From Zymomonas mobilis subsp. mobilis ATCC 10988 (GTDB lineage: Bacteria; Pseudomonadota; Alphaproteobacteria; Sphingomonadales; Sphingomonadaceae), in NCBI RefSeq assembly GCF_000175255.2, contig NC_017262.1:1260001-1292000 (forward strand): a DNA stretch of 32,000 nt, in the 5' to 3' direction. Shown in pieces: positions 9,580 to 18,532 of the stretch. Position 1 is the first letter of the stretch, and every line of letters starts with the position of its first letter. The notes beneath the pieces are model-generated. The model ran no database searches and was not told the DNA's origin. It was given only the letters and a program-made list of their open reading frames with translations. Both the position numbers and the translations under genes were made by a program.

Positions 9580-9890
9580 TAGAAACAAGGCAAAACTGGT
9601 TACCAAATAATCTTTACTGCCCCGTTCTGTCCAAATTTTGCTTTCTTCTTTATGAAAAGGCGTTTTATTCGCTTGATGGCTATCGATGCTGCCCATCTTG
9701 TCCCCTATTCAGGATTTGATACCGTTTGGTAACCGGTTCGTTTTTAAGAATGGGCAAAATAGAATTATCTGGATAGGGCGCAAATTGTAATATTAAATAG
9801 ATTTTGATTTAATTTTTTGACATGAAAATTATGGCTGACAGATAAAAAATAATAATTTCAAATCAAAATCAGCCATATATTTTTATTCTA

Positions 9891-9915
9891 AGCCCCTATG
9901 AAGAGGCTTTTTATT
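9891..9915 (-). terminator. Probable terminator downstream of sucD
   Basis: AAGCC-cctatgaaga-GGCTT followed by T-run on + strand and preceded by an A/T-rich stretch; short stem. Confidence 0.4.
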
Positions 9916-10800
9916 CTATTTTTTAAGCAAATTGAGCAACGTATGGCCAATCTTTGATGGATCAGGCGTCATCGCAATACCAGCCGATTCCATGGCTTCT
10001 ATTTTAGCAGCCGCACTGCCGGAATGACCGGAAACAATAGCCCCAGCATGTCCCATATGCCGCCCCGGAGGCGCAGAAACACCGGCAATAAATCCAGCTA
10101 CTGGTTTTTTGCGGCCTTTTCTGGCCTGCTCTTTCAAAAATTCGGCGGCATTCTCTTCATCCGAACCACCGATTTCACCAATCATGATAATGGATTCAGT
10201 TGCATCATCATCAAGGAACATGTCGAGAATATCGATGAAATTGGTGCCATTAACCGGATCACCACCGATTCCGACAGCCGTTGACTGTCCCAGACCCAAC
10301 TGGCTGGTTTGGAAAACGGCTTCATAGGTCAAGGTGCCAGAACGACTAACGATACCGACAGAACCTTTTTTGAAAATCGCACCCGGCATGATGCCGATAC
10401 GGGCGGAATCGGGGGTTAATAATCCCGGACTATTCGGGCCAATTAAACGCGATTTGGAACCGGTCAAAGCCCGTTTTACCCGCACCATATCCAAAATTGG
10501 AATACCTTCGGTGACCGTTACAATCAGCGGAATTTCCGCATCAATAGCTTCAAGAATAGCATCCCCTGCAAAAGCAGGCGGTACAAAAATCATGGAAGCA
10601 TCGGCACCGGTTTTTTGTTTTGCCTCGGCTACCGAATTGAAAATCGGCAGATCAAGATGGGTTTGCCCCCCTTTGCCTGGGGTCACACCACCGACCATTT
10701 TTGTGCCATAGGCCAAAGATTGGGCTGTATGATGGCTGCCTTGTTGGCCAGTGATGCCCTGCGTAATCACTTTGGTTGTCGCATTGGCAAGAATGGACAT
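9916..10800 (-). CDS. sucD: Succinyl-CoA synthetase (ADP-forming) subunit alpha
   Basis: [45 protein letters not shown]..., [17 protein letters not shown] active-site His region. Track ORF starts at 10842; start at 10800 fits the family. Confidence 0.93.
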   Translation of the reverse strand: MSILANATTKVITQGITGQQGSHHTAQSLAYGTKMVGGVTPGKGGQTHLDLPIFNSVAEAKQKTGADASMIFVPPAFAGDAILEAIDAEIPLIVTVTEGIPILDMVRVKRALTGSKSRLIGPNSPGLLTPDSARIGIMPGAIFKKGSVGIVSRSGTLTYEAVFQTSQLGLGQSTAVGIGGDPVNGTNFIDILDMFLDDDATESIIMIGEIGGSDEENAAEFLKEQARKGRKKPVAGFIAGVSAPPGRHMGHAGAIVSGHSGSAAAKIEAMESAGIAMTPDPSKIGHTLLNLLKK

Positions 10801-10898
10801 CTGTTTTTTCTCCTGACCCGTAAAGGTCTGCGGTCTGCGCACAGACCTCGTGTTAATATTTTATATAATAGAGAATTAGGGATTAGTTTTCTGAATAA

Positions 10899-11285
10899 TT
10901 AGCTTATACTAGAATGAAAAGCGATTTTCAGAATTGAAAAGACCGCGATCGCTGCAAAAATTATCATGTAAAAATAGGCGGCTATCTGGAAATACAGCCC
11001 TGCTTTTGGAAAACGCTCCTCTGAAAACAGCTTATCCACAAAAGAGCAGGCATAGCCATAGGTCGATATGGCCAGAAAAATCATCGGCAAGGCGACTATG
11101 GTCTGGGCTACCCAACGTCTAATGACATTAAAATCATAGACCGGTAATTCCAGAAAAGAGACGATCAACCAAACATATAAAAGAAGATTAGCCGCCGCCG
11201 TGAGTTTTTTATAAAAATCGGTTCGATGGCTATCACGATAACGGTGATTTCCAGATAGCGGGCTGTCACTGTAAGAATTCATCAT
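10899..11285 (-). CDS. Putative SdhD-like membrane anchor protein, divergent
   Basis: Small three-helix protein ending in IFAAIAVFSILKIAF, resembling alphaproteobacterial SdhD C-termini; position next to SdhC-like ORF. Track ORF opens at 11312. Confidence 0.5.
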   Translation of the reverse strand: MMNSYSDSPLSGNHRYRDSHRTDFYKKLTAAANLLLYVWLIVSFLELPVYDFNVIRRWVAQTIVALPMIFLAISTYGYACSFVDKLFSEERFPKAGLYFQIAAYFYMIIFAAIAVFSILKIAFHSSIS

Positions 11286-11710
11286 TATGCCCCGAGAAAA
11301 ATAATGCCCCAAACCAGCAAGGTTAGAATAAGAGCGACCATATTTGTGGCAGAGTAAAAAAAGTAATTTTTATAAAGGGAAGGGCGTTGCAGCCGTTTAA
11401 GGGTATTAAGCCTTATTACAGACATCACATGATAGAAAAAACACCATGTGAGCATGACCCCTATAATACGGCTGATAATATTAACGGAAAAGGCAAAGCT
11501 GTTCTTATCAGGGCTATGAATAATATAATGCCAGAAGAGCGCATAATTTTCTGGACTGGTTGATACCGCTAATAACCATAGGGTAAAAAGCGGAAAACCA
11601 ATAAAAGCAATTGCCAGTGCCGTTAAGCGATGCAACAAAGTCGCCGTTCTTTGAAAGTCGGGCGATGCTGTCTTGCGAGAAGAGGAAGAAGAAGCCGTCG
11701 ACCGAGCCAC
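11285..11710 (-). CDS. Putative SdhC-like cytochrome b556-type membrane anchor protein, divergent
   Basis: LLHRLTALAIAFIGFPLFTLWLLAVSTSPENYALF and WCFFYHVMSVIRLN resemble SdhC HRxTG and FYHxxxGIRHL regions; three predicted TM helices. Confidence 0.55.
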   Translation of the reverse strand: MARSTASSSSSRKTASPDFQRTATLLHRLTALAIAFIGFPLFTLWLLAVSTSPENYALFWHYIIHSPDKNSFAFSVNIISRIIGVMLTWCFFYHVMSVIRLNTLKRLQRPSLYKNYFFYSATNMVALILTLLVWGIIFLGA

Positions 11711-11866
11711 AAGAAATACTCCGATTAAACAGGGGAAATATCAAAAAATATCTTTTAGCTGATAGATGATATCAAGCAAATGATGAACTGTTTAAATTTT
11801 TAAAACACGAAATAGAAAAAGGATGGATTGGGCGCCATGGGTAATAGAAAACAAGGGAATGGAGAT

Positions 11867-12814
11867 ATGATAACAGGATTCCCTTTTAACGCCCCTTGTA
11901 ACGGTAGCTGGAAACTGACTTTACCTTGCAGCAAAGACGAAGCGCAGGCGGTTGCTGATGGTGAAATTGGGGCTTTTGCCCTGCTGGATGAGCCGCCTGT
12001 TATTATGGTGACTGAACCTGATCCAGAACGCCCCGAAGAATGGCGTTTGGATGTCTATTTTGACCATGAACCAAAGGCTGAAGAAATTAAGTCTATACGG
12101 GCTTTGGCTCCGACTTCGGCCTTAGAAAAAGAAATTATAGAACATATCGAAGAAGAAGACTGGGTTGTTTTGTCCCAATCCGGACTGGAACCGGTTCGCG
12201 CCGGACGCTTTCTGGTCTGCACGCCCAGCAATGCGGTTGCGCCTGAAGAAGGCAAAAAGATGTTTGTTATTGATGCCGGACGGGCATTTGGTACCGGACA
12301 TCATGAAACAACAACTGGATGTTTGACGATGCTTGACCGGATGAAGAAGGCCGGTCAAAATTTTCATAATGTCGCCGATATCGGCACCGGCACGGGTTTA
12401 TTGGCCTTTGCCGCCCGCCATTTATGGCATTCCGCGCGCGTAATCGCTTCAGATATTGATCCGGTCGCTGTAGAAGTCGCCAAAGAAAACGCAGTCGTTA
12501 ACCATGTGCCTTTGGGCATGGGATGTCGGCAGGTTGAAATGGTTGTGGCTGCCGGTATGGATAATCGCCAATTAAAACGGCGTGCGCCCTATGATTTGTT
12601 GATTGCCAATATCTTGGCAGGGCCCTTGATTGAATTGGCACCGTCCTTTGTCCCAGCTTTACAGAAAGGTGGCTCTCTGATTCTTGCCGGGCTCGTTGCA
12701 GAGCAAGAGCAAGCCGTCTGTCGAGCCTATAAAAATTTGGGTATGCGTTTGGCTGATCGGGTTGTTTTGGGTGATTGGCCAACACTTCGCCTAGTGAAAC
12801 GGCCAAGATTCTAA
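11867..12814 (+). CDS. prmA: Ribosomal protein L11 methyltransferase
   Basis: FGTGHHETTTGCLTMLDRM and NVADIGTGTGLLAFAARHLWHSARVIASDIDPVAVEVAKENA motifs. Track ORF starts at 11828; MITGFPF at 11867 has a GGAATGGAG RBS. Confidence 0.9.
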   Translation: MITGFPFNAPCNGSWKLTLPCSKDEAQAVADGEIGAFALLDEPPVIMVTEPDPERPEEWRLDVYFDHEPKAEEIKSIRALAPTSALEKEIIEHIEEEDWVVLSQSGLEPVRAGRFLVCTPSNAVAPEEGKKMFVIDAGRAFGTGHHETTTGCLTMLDRMKKAGQNFHNVADIGTGTGLLAFAARHLWHSARVIASDIDPVAVEVAKENAVVNHVPLGMGCRQVEMVVAAGMDNRQLKRRAPYDLLIANILAGPLIELAPSFVPALQKGGSLILAGLVAEQEQAVCRAYKNLGMRLADRVVLGDWPTLRLVKRPRF

Positions 12815-12942
12815 AAAAATTGAGCTTTTCTGATAAAAAATGCAAAAAAAGTAAAAAATAGACTGGACGGAAGGCGTTACTTGTGGCATCCGCGTTGACC
12901 TTAGCTGGTTATACAGCGAAACGCTTCAAGTAGCGCTTTTGT

Positions 12943-13029
12943 GCGGGTGTGGCGGAATTGGTAGACGCGACGGACTCAAAATCCGTTTCTAGCGATAGAG
13001 TGTCGGTTCGAGTCCGACCACCCGTACCA
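12943..13029 (+). tRNA. tRNA-Leu (anticodon CAA)
   Basis: GCGGGTG...CACCCGT acceptor stem, anticodon arm ACGGA-CTCAAAA-TCCGT, variable arm of class II type, GGTTCGAGTCC T-loop, encoded CCA. Confidence 0.93.
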
Positions 13030-13486
13030 AACACGTCGAGTTTATTTCTTTCCTTTAAAATTAAATAGATAGCTAAATACCCTAGCTATCCTGCGATCTG
13101 CTCCATATTTCCCTTATCTATATTCTTGTTTTGGTAGAGTTTTCTCTTCCTTCTTTAAAACTTTTTTCCAGAGTTTTAGACCCGCTAACCGCCAAAGCGA
13201 CATCTATAAATTCGCATCCTAATGAGAATATTAAAGACTTTGTAACAAAATTATCCCGTATCTTTTTTAGAATGATCTAATCTTGACAAAAGTCAGGTAA
13301 CAGAGCAGGGATGTCCATGTTTCAAAATGTTTCTAATGCCGAAATGATTTTGATTTTATCCGGCTTTTAGAATGTCCCAAATATGAGGCATTTTTCCAGC
13401 TGTTTTTGTCTAAGAAAGCCGATTGAAAGGCTGCCTTGGCTCCCCATAGATTCGGGAGAGATAGAATGATCAATAACGGCTTTTTT

Positions 13487-13514
13487 ATTGCATATTCAAT
13501 AATGCAATCTTTTT
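13487..13514 (+). terminator. Candidate intrinsic terminator upstream of the ABC operon
   Basis: ATTGCAT-attcaata-ATGCAAT followed by CTTTTT, 190 bp upstream of the permease start. Confidence 0.45.
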
Positions 13515-13622
13515 ATTATTACCCTTTTCTTGATCCAATCCGATAAAATTTACCTCATTTTTTATTAATTTATCGTAAATTCATATTTTTTCTAAAATAT
13601 GAATGATTTTATATTTATCGTA

Positions 13623-13652
13623 TTGAGTAAAATTAAGTTATTTTTCTATAAT
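13623..13652 (+). promoter_or_regulatory. Candidate sigma70-type promoter for the ABC transporter genes
   Basis: TTGAGT - 18 bp - TATAAT, about 50 bp upstream of ATG at 13702. The region is very AT-rich, so chance matches are likely. Confidence 0.4.
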
Positions 13653-13701
13653 ATAGATAAGGTATGCTTATTTTATTCTATCATGGATGATGAGGTCTAT
13701 T

Positions 13702-15456
13702 ATGGTCTTTCTTCCTCATAATAGCATAGAGCCGCGTGCAAATCCGGCCTTTTCCCGTGTCCCAATATTGCCGAATATTTATGACTTGGTCGCGTTTACC
13801 TTGCTCGGCGGGGCTATTGCGCTTGTTGTCCATGGCACTTCTGATATGAGCGGCTCTTTAGCACTCTTGGAAAAACAGCCCATTTCTTTAGGGATTGGTC
13901 ATTTGCCAGAATATGCGTTGCGGACAACCCTGCGCATGTTTGCCGGTATTTTAATATCCTTGGTTTTTACCTTTGTGGTTGCCACTTTCGCGGCTAAAAA
14001 TCGCAGGGCAGGGCAAATTATTGTTCCGGCAATGGATATTTTGCAATCAGTGCCAGTTCTGGGCTTTCTGACCTTTACCGTGACGTTTTTCCTTCGGCTA
14101 TTCCCAGGGCAAGAAATCGGTGCTGAATGTGCATCTATCTTTGCTATTTTTACAAGCCAAGTCTGGAATATGGCTTTTTCATTCTATCAGTCACTGACCA
14201 GTATTCCGACTGATCTTGATGAGGTATGCCGTAGTTTTAAACTATCTGCATGGCAGCGTTTTTGGCGATTAGAAGCGCCTTTTGCCGCCCCCGGTTTGAT
14301 TTGGAATACGATGATGTCAATGTCGGGGGGATGGTTTTTTGTTGTCGCTTCCGAAGCCATCACCGTTGGGAATACGGATATTCGTTTACCGGGCATCGGG
14401 TCATATCTGGCGTTAGCGATCGATGAGAAAAACTTCTCCGCCATTGCCGCCGCTGTTTTGGCAATGGTCGTTATCATTCTTCTTTATAACCAGCTCTTAT
14501 TTCGACCTATTTTGGCTTGGGCTGAAAAATTCAAAGTTGAACAATCAACGAGCAAAGAAAAAGTCAATTCATGGGTCTATGACATTATTCGCCATACGCG
14601 TCTGATAAAGCGTTTATCAACTCCCTTTCTATGGATTGGCCAGCAATTGATGATGATCCGGTTTTCCTCGGCTGAAAATCAGGTCAATCCGGCTAATTCC
14701 GATACGCATAGTAAAATAGGGGATTATGTTTGGGGTTTTTGTGTCTTGTCCGCCATCCTTTGGGGTGGTTGGGTTACATTTGATTATTTACGTCAGGCAC
14801 TTTCTTGGCAGGATGTCTGGATATCTTTTAGCTGCGGCTTGATGACTTTACTGCGCGTAGCCGTATTAATTATGCTCGCCAGCCTGCTTTGGGTGCCAGT
14901 TGGCATCTGGATTGGACTCCGTCCATCCTTGGCACAGCATATCCAGCCCATTGCCCAATTTTTAGCGGCCTTTCCTGCCAATGTCCTATTTCCCTTTGTC
15001 GTCATTGCGATTGTTGTCACAGGTGCCAATCCCAATATTTGGCTTTCACCTTTGATGATTCTCGGCACGCAATGGTATATTCTGTTTAACGTTATTGCCG
15101 GAGCCGCTTCTTTCCCGACAGATTTAAAGGAAGCTGTCGCCGTCTATCAAATACGGTCGTGGACATGGTGGCGTCGGGTCATGTTACCGGGTATTTTCCC
15201 TTATTATATTACGGGCGCTTTAACCGCGACTGGCGGTTCTTGGAATGCCAGCATTGTTGCCGAGGTCGCTAGTTGGGGCAACACTCAACTCGAAGCCTAT
15301 GGCCTTGGTGCTTATATTGCTAACGCGACAACCGCAGGCGATGTCCGACGGGTTGTCCTTGGCATTGTTGTCATGGCCTTTTTCGTTACCTTTTTTAACC
15401 GGATCCTTTGGCGGCCGCTTTATGCCTTTGCCGAGCGTCGTATCCGTTTCAATTAA
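13702..15456 (+). CDS. NitT/TauT-family ABC transporter permease, two fused permease domains
   Basis: About 584 aa with two BPD_transp_1-like halves: EAPFAAPGLIWNTMMSMSGGWFFVVASEAI and MLPGIFPYYITGALTATGGSWNASIVAEVASW. Track ORF opens at 13687. Confidence 0.85.
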   Translation: MVFLPHNSIEPRANPAFSRVPILPNIYDLVAFTLLGGAIALVVHGTSDMSGSLALLEKQPISLGIGHLPEYALRTTLRMFAGILISLVFTFVVATFAAKNRRAGQIIVPAMDILQSVPVLGFLTFTVTFFLRLFPGQEIGAECASIFAIFTSQVWNMAFSFYQSLTSIPTDLDEVCRSFKLSAWQRFWRLEAPFAAPGLIWNTMMSMSGGWFFVVASEAITVGNTDIRLPGIGSYLALAIDEKNFSAIAAAVLAMVVIILLYNQLLFRPILAWAEKFKVEQSTSKEKVNSWVYDIIRHTRLIKRLSTPFLWIGQQLMMIRFSSAENQVNPANSDTHSKIGDYVWGFCVLSAILWGGWVTFDYLRQALSWQDVWISFSCGLMTLLRVAVLIMLASLLWVPVGIWIGLRPSLAQHIQPIAQFLAAFPANVLFPFVVIAIVVTGANPNIWLSPLMILGTQWYILFNVIAGAASFPTDLKEAVAVYQIRSWTWWRRVMLPGIFPYYITGALTATGGSWNASIVAEVASWGNTQLEAYGLGAYIANATTAGDVRRVVLGIVVMAFFVTFFNRILWRPLYAFAERRIRFN

Positions 15457-15482
15457 AAGCCTTTCCTGATGGGAGCTTGGTT

Positions 15483-16802
15483 ATGGATAATTCTGTCCTT
15501 GTTAAAAATCCGCCACTCGTTTCAGTGCAAGATGTCTGTCAGAGCTATGACAATGGAACATCTGGCCAAATCACTGTGCTGGATAACATCAATATGGAAC
15601 TCCGTCGGGGTGAAATCGTCGGGTTATTGGGGCGTTCTGGATCTGGGAAATCAACCCTTTTGCGGGCTATTGCGGGGCTTATTCAGCCGACGAAAGGCAC
15701 GGTTACTTTTGAAGGTAAACTGATTTCAGGAACATCTTCCGATGTCGCTGTGGTCTTTCAGAATTTTGCGCTTTTTCCTTGGCTAACGGTTCTTGAAAAT
15801 GTTGAAATCGGTCTGGAGGCGAGGGGTATCAAACCGGCAGAGCGGCGGCGGCAAGCCTTGTCCGCTATCGATCTGATTGGCCTTGATGGTTACGAGAGTG
15901 CTTATCCTAAAGAATTGTCTGGAGGTATGCGCCAGCGGGTTGGATTGGCACGCGCTCTTGTCGTTCATCCTAAACTTTTATTGATGGATGAACCTTTTTC
16001 TGCCTTGGACGTGCTGACTTCCGAAACGTTACGGAATGATTTACTTGATCTTTGGTCAGAAGGCCGAATGCCAATAGAAGCCATTCTGATGGTGACGCAT
16101 AATATCGAAGATGCGGTATTGATGTGTGACCATATTTTGATTTTTGGATCAAATCCGGGGCATATCATTGGAGAAATCCATGTTGATTTACCTCAGCCCA
16201 GAAATCGGCTTGATCCTGCTTTCAGAGAGATTTTAGAAGAAATTTATTCTCTGATGACCTCAAAAACGGATGGCACCGCTACGCTTCCTTCCGAACCTTT
16301 TGTCGGCAATGGTATCGCTATTGTCTTGCCCAAGGTCTCGGTTAACGAATTGGCTGGTTTGATCGAAACGATTGCCGCACCTCCCTATAACGGCAAGGCT
16401 GACCTTCCCCCTCTTGCAGCCAGTCTGCGCCTTGAAATTGACGATTTATTTCCGGTTGGTGAAACGCTGCAATTATTGCGTTTTGTCGAGATGGAAAAAG
16501 GCGATATCCGTCTTACGCCTTTGGGACAGCGTTTTGTCGAAAGCGAGCTTGACGATCGTAAGCATCTCTTTTCGCAACAGCTTTCCGTCTATGTGCCATT
16601 GGCGGCTCATATTCGTTGTATCTTGGATGAAAGGCCTAGCCACAAAGCCTCGGCACAACGTTTCCGTGAGGAGCTTCAGGATTACATGTCAGAAGAGGCT
16701 GCCAATGATACGATCAAGGCAGTTACTAGTATGGCACGCTATGCTGAATATTTCGCCTATGATGAAGAATCCGATCTATTTACCTTGGATAATCCAAGCT
16801 AA
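15483..16802 (+). CDS. NitT/TauT-family ABC transporter ATP-binding protein with C-terminal AAA-associated domain
   Basis: Walker A GRSGSGKS, signature LSGGMRQRVGLARAL, Walker B LLLMDEPFSALD; about 170-residue C-terminal extension. Start MDNSVLVKNPPL at 15483. Confidence 0.88.
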   Translation: MDNSVLVKNPPLVSVQDVCQSYDNGTSGQITVLDNINMELRRGEIVGLLGRSGSGKSTLLRAIAGLIQPTKGTVTFEGKLISGTSSDVAVVFQNFALFPWLTVLENVEIGLEARGIKPAERRRQALSAIDLIGLDGYESAYPKELSGGMRQRVGLARALVVHPKLLLMDEPFSALDVLTSETLRNDLLDLWSEGRMPIEAILMVTHNIEDAVLMCDHILIFGSNPGHIIGEIHVDLPQPRNRLDPAFREILEEIYSLMTSKTDGTATLPSEPFVGNGIAIVLPKVSVNELAGLIETIAAPPYNGKADLPPLAASLRLEIDDLFPVGETLQLLRFVEMEKGDIRLTPLGQRFVESELDDRKHLFSQQLSVYVPLAAHIRCILDERPSHKASAQRFREELQDYMSEEAANDTIKAVTSMARYAEYFAYDEESDLFTLDNPS

Positions 16803-17436
16803 GCCACTTTTTCTTTGAGGGTAGAGGGCAGGTATCATTCTACCGGACAGGATAGATAACTGTCCTTACCCCAGCCGTTTTTTCTGTAACAAGCCAAACC
16901 GATGTAACGGTCATTTATTTCTATTTTATCAGAATTATGATCGGGATGTCTTAACCACCCGATTGAAAAAGAGACCGTATTTTATGGCTTTCAAGCTATT
17001 TATTTATGAGCATTGCCCCTTCTGTGTCAAAGCGCGCATGATTTTTGGCCTGAAAAACATTGATTTCGAAAAAATAGTCTTATTGAATGACAATGAAACT
17101 GATCCTATACGGATGATTGGCAAAAAAATGTTGCCGATTTTAGAAGACGATGGCCGCTTTATCGCCGAAAGTATGGATATTGTGGCTCATATTGACCATT
17201 TAGGCACGCCTATTGTTACCGGAAGAAATTCATCCAAGATTGCAAACTGGCTGGAACGGGTGACGCCTCTATTCTCTTCTTTGATTATTCCGAGAATAGC
17301 CTGCGCGCCTTTTGAGGATTTTGCGACCACTGCCGCGCGCGCTTATTTCATTTCCAAGAAAGAAGCCCAGACAGGGCTTTTTAGCCGTTGGCTAGGGGAA
17401 AGTGAATCCTTACGCGAAGAAATGAATCTGTTGCTA

Positions 17437-18283
17437 GGCTCAGGACTCATTCTTTGAGATAGAAGATGAAACTTGCTGCGATATGGATTGCTGACATGAA
17501 TATGTGAGCGCACCGGTCGTATCGTGTTGCGACACGCCGCCAGTCTTTGAGCTTTGCGAACATATTTTCGATGAGGTGACGCTTTTTATACAGATGCCAG
17601 TCGTAAGGCGGCTTTGATTTCCGGTTCTTCTTCGGCGGAATACAGGCGGTGATATTCCGGTCTGCGAGAGACTGTCTGATTTTATTACTGTCGTATCCCC
17701 GGTCCCCGAGAATTTCTTGTGTTTCTTCCGGCAGATTTGCCAGCAGAACATCCGCGCCTTTGAAGTCACTGACCTGACCTGCGGTCAGATGCAGCCGGAC
17801 AGGGCGGCCCTGACTATCGCATACAGCGTGAAGCTTTGAGTTCAGTCCGCCTTTCGTGCGTCCGATATGGCGGGGAAAAGCCCCTTTTTGAGCAGGGAGG
17901 CCGCTGTCCGGTGTGCTTTCAGATGTGTTGCATCGATCATCAGACGCTTCGAACGGCCTGCCTGCTCCGTCAGGGCGACGAAGATCCGGTCAAAGACACC
18001 CAGGCGGCTCCACCGGATAAACCGGTTGTATAAAGTCTTGTGCGGGCCATACGCTTTCGGGGCGTCTTTCCACTGAAGGCCGTTGCGGATCACGTAAACG
18101 ATCCCGCTCAGGACACGACGGTCATCGACACGCGGCACACCATGCGCCAGTGGAAAAAACGGCTTAATCCGTTCCATCTGGTGCTCAGACAGCAAAAACA
18201 CGTCACTTACAGCTTCACCTCCATCGGTAAACCTGTGAATCACAACAGCCCGCTCAACTCAAGAAATTAACAGGTCCTGAGCC
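17437..18283 (-). mobile_element. IS5-family insertion sequence, about 845-847 bp, different from the element at 8730-9579
   Basis: TIRs GGCTCAGGAC / GTCCTGAGCC, flanked by CTAG at 17434-17437 and 18283-18286. Confidence 0.92.
17447..18243 (-). CDS. IS5-family transposase encoded by two overlapping frames (probable -1 frameshift)
   Basis: ORF1 18243..17842 FLLSEHQMERIKPFFPLAHGVPRVDDRRVLSGIVYVIRNGLQWKDAPKAYGPHKTLYNRFIRW...LMIDATHLKAHRTAASLLKKG; the other frame reads GAFPRHIGRTKGGLNSKLHAVCDSQGRP and ends IHIAASFIFYLKE. Confidence 0.88.
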
Positions 18284-18532
18284 TAGAAGAATTGGCACCC
18301 TTAATTGATGAGTCCAATGCGGTTAATGGGGAATTATCTACCGATGATTTCCATCTCTTCGCTTTTCTGCGCAGTCTGTCGATAGTCAAAAATGTCTATT
18401 ATCCAGTCGAGGTTGCCACCTATCTTCAGGCGATGTCAAAAGCATCAAAAATTGGTCTTCTCGATCAATTTGCAGTGTAGATTTAATGGCAATAACTAAA
18501 AAACAACAAATCTTTTGTTATTTTATGAATCT

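Larger units (their letters stand above)
7591..9696 (-). pseudogene. YnfM-like MFS transporter interrupted by an IS5-family element
   Basis: N-terminal part 9696..9579 (MGSIDSHQANKTPFHKEESKIWTERGSKDYLVTSFALFL) joins in frame with 8726..7591 (VGFITFSLLYCVQPILPELTRYF...) once the IS plus one CTAG is removed, giving 1254 nt / 417 aa. Confidence 0.88.
16984..18480 (+). pseudogene. grxB: Glutaredoxin 2, interrupted by an IS5-family element
   Basis: MAFKLFIYEHCPFCVKARMIFGLKN (CPFC active site) up to EEMNLLL at 17437, continuing at 18287 with EELAPLIDESNAVNGELSTDDFHLFAFLRSLSIVK. The join is 648 nt / 215 aa, in frame. Confidence 0.93.

Noticed and set aside
9102-9719. + strand ORFs (73, 71 and 106 aa) over the first IS and its right flank
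   Set aside because: They are antisense to the transposase and to the newly recognised N-terminus of the MFS gene.
10024-10902. Several + strand ORFs opposite sucD
   Set aside because: Conserved SucD sequence on the - strand explains the region; the opposing frames show no family resemblance.
12895-12915. TTGACC...TATACA promoter for tRNA-Leu
   Set aside because: The two boxes are only 9 bp apart, so they cannot act as a standard -35/-10 pair.
17440-17769. 109-aa - strand ORF MTSKARMFCWQICRKKHKKF...
   Set aside because: Wrong frame inside the second transposase; the real frame there reads HAVCDSQGRP...GDRGYDSNKIRQSL...ENMFAKLKDWRRVATRYDR.
18292-18480. Independent small gene starting MAPLIDESNAVNGELS
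   Set aside because: It is the 3' part of grxB cut off by the IS; removing the IS joins it exactly to the upstream part.
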